The notes under the pieces were generated by a model that was given only the letters and a program-made list of their open reading frames with translations, was not told the origin of the DNA and made no database searches. A DNA stretch of 64,000 nt from Cyanophora paradoxa CCMP329 (lineage: Eukaryota > Plantae > Glaucophyta): positions 319,769 to 383,768 of the forward strand of contig QPMI01000452.1 in NCBI GenBank assembly GCA_004431415.1, given 5' to 3'. The stretch's first letter is position 1. Each line of letters begins with the position of its first letter. Below, piece by piece: positions 57,278-64,000 of this stretch. The position numbers were made by a program, and so were the translations under genes.

Positions 57278-58045
57278 ATGGATAAGGAAACCATAAATCT
57301 GGATGAAATACCTGAGTTGGATCCTGCAAGGAACATAGTTTTACCAACAAGAATCGGTTGCTGGGGACGTAGTAACACTGGGAAGACTACGTTTGCGAAA
57401 TATTTACTGTATGAGCTTCGCGACCAAATCGATCAGGTCGTGGTTTTTAGTTCGACTGCATTTACTGGTCAATGGCAAGACATCACACACCCCGATAACA
57501 TATTTGAGGAATGGAACGATGACCTTGTGGTTAAGCTCATCGGGATGCAAAAGAAACGAATCGAAAAGGGAGAGAGAAAGAACAGCTTAGTTTTGATATT
57601 AGATGACATGATTGGATCCTCGCTAAATATGGAGACGAATATGGTCTTGAAAAAGCTGGTAACCTCTGGAAGACATTATATGATATCCCTCATCGTGAAT
57701 TCACAACGCATGTGCTCAGTAAGCACTACAATTAGGCGCAACCTCGAACTCGTGGTCTTTTTCAATATATTAGGGAACGAAAAAGAGTTTAACTGTGCTT
57801 TTGATGAATATAATGGTGGTCTCAGTAAGAGAGACTTTAAGGAACTAAATAGGCTATGGGGTCATAGTTATCAGGTGGTCTGCGTGGGTTTGCAAGGCTA
57901 CGACGTTAAGTTCTACACAGACCGGGCGATCCTATCAGAAGACGACTTGAAAAAGATGACTCGGAAGTTCGGCAAGAGGCGGGCACTGCAAAAGAAGGAA
58001 CGGTTGGCTCGCATACAGCGCGAGGGCGCTACGGTTACGATGTAG
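57278..58045 (+). CDS. A32-like packaging ATPase
   Basis: GRSNTGKT, LILDD, SGRHYMISLIVNSQ, KEFNCAFDEYN. Confidence 0.92.
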   Translation: MDKETINLDEIPELDPARNIVLPTRIGCWGRSNTGKTTFAKYLLYELRDQIDQVVVFSSTAFTGQWQDITHPDNIFEEWNDDLVVKLIGMQKKRIEKGERKNSLVLILDDMIGSSLNMETNMVLKKLVTSGRHYMISLIVNSQRMCSVSTTIRRNLELVVFFNILGNEKEFNCAFDEYNGGLSKRDFKELNRLWGHSYQVVCVGLQGYDVKFYTDRAILSEDDLKKMTRKFGKRRALQKKERLARIQREGATVTM

Positions 58046-58245
58046 CCTTGTAGAGCTTTTCGAGAGCATTCCGGCGCTATTTTTGGTTTTGCAAGGCGAT
58101 GATTTGGTGAAGAGATACAGGGTGTTGACGGTTTGCGTGGCGTTTCGATTGTTTTTCGAGTTTTCTACTCGGTCGCTCATGTTTTTTTCTTTTTTGTTCG
58201 TGTTGTTTTGTTTTTGTTTGGTTTCGTTTTTTCTAACTTTTTGGT

Positions 58246-58520
58246 ATCCCCCCTGTCACCCCTGTCACCTTAACCGGTATCCCCCCTGTCACCCATGAAT
58301 GAAATTAAATAATTTGGTGGCGGCTTGTCGTTTAAACGACAAGTCTTAATTGGCGGCTTGTCGTAAAAACGTCAAGTCTTTGGCGGCTTGTCGTAAAAAC
58401 GTCAAGTCTTTGGCGGCTTGTCGTAAAAACGTCAAGTCTTTGGCGGCTTGTCTAGGGCTTGTCTAGGGCTTGTCTAGCGAACCTGTCTAACCCTGTCTAA
58501 TCCTGTCTAACCCTGTCTAG
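58246..58520. repeat. Short-repeat complex: CCTGTCACC x3, 30-bp quasi-palindromic units x4, 10-11-bp TGTCTA units
   Basis: tggcggcttgtcgtaaaaacgtcaagtctt x3 at 58351-58440, preceded by a unit containing the perfect palindrome cttgtcgtttaaacgacaag. Confidence 0.88.
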
Positions 58521-58815
58521 TGGCTTGTGATTGGTCGAATAACACACAAAAACACAAAATTATACTTCCATGCATTCTACATGTTTTCGGAATCGCCGCG
58601 ATGTGATGACCCGAATATGTCGGTGACGCCGGTATATATATGTATATGTCGTGATATGCGAAAAAAAGTAAAAAAATGAAAAATCGGAAGTTGTCCGGGT
58701 GGTATATACGGAGGCTCGGATGTATATACCTTACATATACATGAGTATATCGCTATTTTTTCAGTTGTAGTTATCGGAGAATATGGTGGAGTATCGGTGG
58801 ATCGGTGGAATATTA

Positions 58816-59239
58816 CGATAAATGGTATCGTGGGGCAGAAAGTTTTTGGATTCAATGTACGACAATCGAGAAATATGGTATACGTGTGTGTTATTTATAG
58901 AAAAATTCGTTTATGGTAAGGATTTATGAAATTCAATGAGATATGAGACGATAAATCGTATCGTGGGGCAGAAAGTTTTTGGATTCAATGTACGACAATC
59001 GAGAAATATGGTATACGTGTGTGTTATTTATAGAAAAATTCGTTTATGGTAAGGATTTATGAAATTCAATGAGATATGAGACGATAAATCGTATCGTGGG
59101 GCAGAAAGTTTTTGGATTCAATGTACGACAATCGAGAAATATGGTATACGTGTGTGTTATTTATAGAAAAATTCGTTTATGGTAAGGATTTATGAAATTC
59201 AATGAGATATGAGACGATAAATCGTATCGTGGGGCAGAA
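58816..59239. repeat. 133-bp tandem repeat, about 3.2 copies
   Basis: atcgtggggcagaa recurs at 58827, 58960, 59093 and 59226 with identical intervening sequence. Confidence 0.93.
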
Positions 59240-59582
59240 CGCCCAATATACCATTTTTTTATACAAAGGAATTGGCTTTATACTTGCAATCAAGTCACAG
59301 ATAAGTTTTGTAAATATGCTTTTGTTGTTTTTTGTTTGCATTCTCAGACACTGAAACAGTAATGTGAATGTTTACTGATCTATTTCTCTTTGGTTTAGCT
59401 GCATACATATTGTAACCTATCAATCTCTGTGACATTTCGATATATGCCCCTATATCTCCATGCTTTATGCATTTATCTAACTCAGTCATGGTCATCTCAT
59501 CAAGAGTCTTTGCCATTTTGTCTTCACTATACACAATCAAGTAAGCCTTAAGTATTCTTGTCAAATTTTGGTCATTTTCGAT

Positions 59583-59686
59583 AGGTGTGACAGGTGTGAC
59601 AGGTGTGACAGGTCTATCCCATCGATTTTGAAAATCAACTTTTCACCAGGGCTTTCCTTGGGATGGACCTGTCACACCTGTCACAC
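59583..59686. promoter_or_regulatory. Putative origin: AGGTGTGAC iterons in 28-bp inverted arms just downstream of the D5 helicase
   Basis: Arms 59594-59621 and 59659-59686 match 27/28. Confidence 0.6.
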
Positions 59687-59745
59687 AAACCATTTTCAGT
59701 AAGGCTATAAAAATATATGTAAATCTCAATCATTAATCGTTTTCT

Positions 59746-62066
59746 TTAATATTCGGCATCATCTTCATTGTCTTCCTGAACCCTTGTTATCTTTCGAATC
59801 CCAATATATCCTCTGGCAAGAATACCATTAACTCGTTTTCTTTCTGATTTAACATTGAAGATCTCCTTACTCTTTTCATAACAGATACACATTCAACTTT
59901 ATCATCAACACTTTTGTATGATTTGTAAATGATATCACTGGAAACAAAGTCGTTAGCATTATGTGTAACCTCGAAATTATCTCGAAGCCATTCACCAATC
60001 TTATCATTTTCAGCTATAAAGTTAATTCCCTGTTCAATAATCGATTGAGGGGACTTCTTAAGATCTCTTCAACCTCTTTGTTCTTCCACATATCCAGTAA
60101 TATCTTCATGTGAGCCATCTTATACTCATCATCATTGTGTAGAAGTGTGAACAGAGTTGGGTCAGCTTTCTTTTGACCAGCTTCTGGCTTCTCTCTGAAT
60201 ATATTATTGAATCTCTGATAGGAAAGTCTTCTTTGAATTGCAAAGTCTGGTTTATTTATAGTCAAATTGTCATTAGTTGTAATGTAGACCTGAAACATTG
60301 GGGTAAGGATAACTGGGTCTTTGAACAAGGCTCTCACAGTCATTTCATTTCCACCTGTGACCTCCTTAATCTTGGAGATCTGCAGTTTATCACCATCTTC
60401 AGCCTCATTACTGAATACAAGTCGCTTTCCAAGGAGTTTGGCAAGTTCAGGAGTAGCCTCTGATGAGTTCTTTTAGGCTTAGTCCAATAGGATATTTCGA
60501 GAGGGCTGTAATAGCGACCAGATATCTGTTTGCAGTATTCCTGAACAAGTGATTTACCATTAGCACCAGCACCAGTCCACATATAGAACTTCTGGGATTT
60601 AGTTGATCCACTAAGGGCAATTGCAATGGATGCCAGAAGATACTTTCGCTCTGCTGGATCATCCACAATCTCTTTATAAATCTGATTGAGATGCTCTATT
60701 TTCTTGGGGTCTACATTCTCAGTAAAATCATAACCCACACTCTTGCTCACCATATCTTCCAGTTTACCCTTTCTGAAAGTCATAGTTGTCAGATCAAATA
60801 CACCATTATCGAATCCAATTACATATGGAACTGTATCAATCTTTTCATAGAATTCATCATCATTTAGCAGAGGGAGCAGATCAGTCAGAAGGGATTTGCG
60901 AAATCCTGATTGTTTAAGATTTTTGGCAATGGTCATCAATGTTTTGGATCTTTCTTCGAAAGCTGCTTTGTTTTCCTCATCCTTTAAAGCTCTTTGACTA
61001 TAATGCACAGCCCTTCCAAGGTATTGGGGGACAACAAGACGGCTTATATCTAGGTAAATCTTTAGGTTTGTGTCATCATGCTCCCAAATCCCAGTATCAG
61101 TATTGAGTTTGAACCATGACTTTTTGGAGTATCTCCATGTATGTTTAAGAACCTCTTTGCATACTAAACTCACATCATAATGAGCGCCACCAGAACCAGC
61201 GGATTTATCTATAAGATTGAAGATATCAGATTGCATTCCAATGCAGATGAATCGTTTTTTGCAATTTCCACTGTAGCTTGACACAATGTATTTGTTATCA
61301 TCTCCTTTAGCTTTCATAACATACCAGTTATTCGATTCATGTGAACCATTGCAGCATGGGCAATTGAGTCCCTTGTTAGCAGCATCAAAGTTAAAGCCAA
61401 GTTCAGTTTTAGAGATTATATTGGATGCATAAATCCCATATCCACCAGCTCTTGATAATATTGTTTTCAAGTTCATCATATGAGGTAGCATTAGCAGTAT
61501 ACTCACTCTTATAGATGTAGTTATCTATAATCCACTTTTTTGAAGTCATCAGTAGGCTCATTGAAATCACAGGTATCATCCCATGGGGAGATCACCCAAG
61601 CCTTGTTGACACTGGGACAAACATTAATTAATCCAGAAGTTCCAGTTCCAGTGATTGTTTTCAGGTCAACCTTTTCAAAGCCTTTAAAGCCTGGAGCCTT
61701 ATCGGTGATTTGAGTTTAGTGAACTCCTCAGGTCGTTTAAAGTAGACATGATAGCCTTTTTAGTTTTTGCCATGGGCTGATTGGCATCAAAGTCATCAGG
61801 AAACATATCCCGGAATTTGTCAAAGTCCTCCTCATCATCAAAGTCAATAACCATCATGTTGTCTGAGAGCAGAATGCCCCAAGATACATACTGATTAGTT
61901 GCCAGCGCTTCCTCATACTTTTCCCAGGACCAAGCACCTCCCTTATGCTTGAAAACAGGGTCTTTGCTGTCAGGTTTCACTGGATAATCATGTTTTTGGC
62001 TAGATCCTCATCAGATCTGAGCCAGTTAGCGAGCGATTTGAGCGATTTAGTCTGTTTGGCGTTCAT
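59746..62066 (-). CDS. Prim-Pol plus D5-like SF3 helicase (frameshifted)
   Basis: WGILL...MMVIDFDD...KTKK (Prim-Pol), IGFDNGVFDL...VGYDF (D5_N), WTGAGANGKS, ITTND...AIQRR. Confidence 0.88.
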
Positions 62067-62567
62067 TTTCAGCGATTGGGGGTCCCTTTTATATATATAG
62101 AAGATTTTTCTTTAAGTAGTTTTGGGTCCCCCAATCATTTTTTGTTGGAAATCGAGAAAGTATCCCTACGAAATTTATCCACATGATATATCGAGTGGTT
62201 TAGATACAAAAAGGATGAATGGGTATTTCAGCGAATAAACAGCATATCCCCAGCCTAGTAATATGCTGGGAAAATAATTTAGACATGTTTCAATTTTCTC
62301 CTCTATTTGAGTAAGGGACATCATACAAATACTTGACAAAGCAGACTGCATTGGCTGCATACTTTCGCTGACATGAACTTGCTATTTTCATTGCTCTATA
62401 GGTATCATCGGTTTGATATAGATCTCTTAGCTGTGTGGCTATTTTTTCGTTAAACTTTTTGATTTGAGCCTTACCTTTTCAGTTTGCTGGTATCTCTTCA
62501 TAGCTCTCTTCTGGCTTCACTGAGTGGCATTTTTCCTCTGTCTCTCTTAATATATATAGAGAATTCT

Positions 62568-63218
62568 TTAAATCATTTTTTGTTTTGCGGTTTCTGGATA
62601 TTTCTTTGAACAATATGTTAGCAACATTTCTTCAAACTCCTCAGGGCTTGCATGTTGTTTGCAATCACAAGTTGCTGATGGAACAGGAAACACCTTTGGG
62701 CAGATTGGCTTCTTACAATCACATTTATACATGTGGTATTCATTATATTTGCGATCACTGAACATTTTGATGACATCATTCGCAAAATTTGTTTTTAAAC
62801 TTTCATATTTTTTCCAATGGAGCCTATCACACAACGGAATATAATTATAGAATTGATTTGCATCCGTCAAATAATGACATAGACCAAGATCATAGAAATC
62901 ATCTCGAAACCAGACCTTGCAGATGAGTTGTTCAAGAGGATTTGTGTGTGAAATCCTTGCAATGTATGAAAGAAATGAATATTCACATCTGCAAAGAGGA
63001 CATGATATGCAATAGTTGCTATCTGCAAGCATCATTTTTGGGTATCCTTCAAACTGTCTGAAAGCTTTCTGTGTGCAGCAGTAGAGCAGGGATACCTCAT
63101 TAGAGTCATGAACTTTATAGATGTACTTTATAATGCAGGATTCACAAAAGAAATGCTCACAAGCAAGCTCAATGATTGTATTCCTTTGAATAGTTTTGAA
63201 ACAGATTGGGCATGACAT
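62568..63218 (-). CDS. RING-finger protein
   Basis: CPIC...LACEHFFCESC...CPLCR. Confidence 0.8.
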   Translation of the reverse strand: MSCPICFKTIQRNTIIELACEHFFCESCIIKYIYKVHDSNEVSLLYCCTQKAFRQFEGYPKMMLADSNYCISCPLCRCEYSFLSYIARISHTNPLEQLICKVWFRDDFYDLGLCHYLTDANQFYNYIPLCDRLHWKKYESLKTNFANDVIKMFSDRKYNEYHMYKCDCKKPICPKVFPVPSATCDCKQHASPEEFEEMLLTYCSKKYPETAKQKMI

Positions 63219-63269
63219 CTTCGATATATATCTATATAGAAGATATTTCTTTAAATCATTTTTTGTTGC

Positions 63270-63586
63270 TCAGCTAAATGTAATTGTTTCAACATCACAT
63301 GCATTGTAGTCCAGAATGTTGAACAAGGTGAACTCTGGATACTGTAATGTGTTTCTACAGAATGGGCATTTTGTATTCCCGACTATTTCCTCCTGCTTTT
63401 CATACATCCTATACAGACTGTCTTAAAGCACTGATCACACACAAACTGATCATAGCTTGTCTCATCACATTTACATAAACTGCATAGAATTCGTTTATAC
63501 TCTGAGTTTTCACAGGTTTCATTCCTTTCTCTAATGTTTCTCAGGATTGCTGAAATTTCTAGCGTTCTTTGACTCTCCTGGTTCAT
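63270..63586 (-). CDS. Small RING-like protein (frameshifted)
   Basis: CSLC...CDQCFKTVCIGC, then KCPFCR in a shifted frame. Confidence 0.6.
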
Positions 63587-63698
63587 TCTTGCTATTTGGC
63601 TTCTATATATATACAATATAAAATTTCCTTTAAGTATTTTCGCGTTTGGAATATCCCCATTTAAAACCTCCCCTTTTATTAGGAACAAGTTAGGAACA

Positions 63699-64000
63699 AT
63701 GCCCCGAATTAGCAACAGACTTATTAGAGAAAAGAAATGGGAACTCATGGGATTACTGGGAACACTGTATGCAGCCCATGAAATTACAGAGGCTGAATAT
63801 GACCGGGAAATCGGATTTATTTCAAGGGGCAGACCCACTTTAGCAAAATTAACCAGAAAAGCCAATAACCTCTATGACAAAGTTGAGACTCTTGATGAAC
63901 TCGATCGCCTGAGGCAATAGAACCAGAGGCAGAAGATGGCACAGCCATGAATGAATTATATCGCTGGCTCACATACAGAGCCAGAAGGGAAGTTGTTGTT
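63699..64000 (+). CDS. polB: 5' end of a pPolB, partial
   Basis: MPRISNRLIREKKWELMGLLGTLYAAHEITEAEYDREI is nearly the same as the 49392 ORF. One missing A at about 63917. Confidence 0.85.

Larger units (their letters stand above)
55608..58520. mobile_element. EVE-3: capsid module of a second type A Polinton-like virus, cut by EVE-2
   Basis: mCP(-)/MCP(+)/ATPase(+) in the same order as EVE-1, with clearly similar MCP. Right boundary uncertain. Confidence 0.85.
59295..64000. mobile_element. EVE-4: replication module of a type B element related to EVE-2 (runs off the window)
   Basis: Primase-D5 helicase, RING genes and a PolB start closely similar to 49392. Same CpG-poor composition as EVE-2. 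Confidence 0.75.

Noticed and set aside
58318-59239. Possible CRISPR array
   Set aside because: Units are contiguous identical tandem repeats without unique spacers, and no cas genes are present.
31783-63920. Calling frameshifted viral genes pseudogenes or programmed frameshifts
   Set aside because: The breaks are mostly single-base deletions, often in homopolymers, and the duplicated host copies show the same pattern. This is consistent with unpolished long-read error and needs read-level checking.
55608-64000. Treating EVE-3 and EVE-4 as one element
   Set aside because: CpG signature and gene affinities differ (type A capsid versus type B PolB) and a repeat complex separates them. A chimera is not excluded.

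Overview
The window has two halves. Bases 1 to about 21,960 are very GC-rich eukaryotic host DNA with short GT/GC-AG introns, probably a protist or alga (the taxon cannot be identified from sequence alone). This half is a segmentally duplicated cluster of candidate innate-immune receptors. It holds two copies of a spliced LRR-SAM-TIR gene with a predicted N-myristoylation motif, whose TIR closely follows SARM1 including the catalytic DWVxKE glutamate. It also holds two full copies and one fragment of an LRR-coiled-coil-RING gene that uses the same LRR module. Bases about 21,960 to 64,000 are a nest of at least three and probably four endogenous Polinton-like viruses. EVE-1 (about 21963-28925) and EVE-3 (55608 to about 58500) are related CpG-normal 'type A' elements with a minor capsid protein (mCP), major capsid protein (MCP) and packaging ATPase; EVE-1 also has an rve integrase. 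EVE-2 (28926-55607, 26.7 kb) has 830-bp terminal inverted repeats (TIRs) ending in 73-nt nested hairpins. It encodes pPolB, an rve integrase, a primase-SF3 helicase, MCP, two mCPs, an ATPase, five fibre-like genes, a patatin-discoidin fusion and an AdoMet decarboxylase. EVE-4 (about 59295 to the window end) shares EVE-2's PolB but has a different D5-type helicase. Each helicase is followed by its own 9-bp-iteron inverted repeat, a candidate origin. A tRNA-derived SINE sits in EVE-2's left TIR. Many ORFs are split by 1-bp indels that may be long-read errors. All assignments come from motif reading by eye; no database searches were run.
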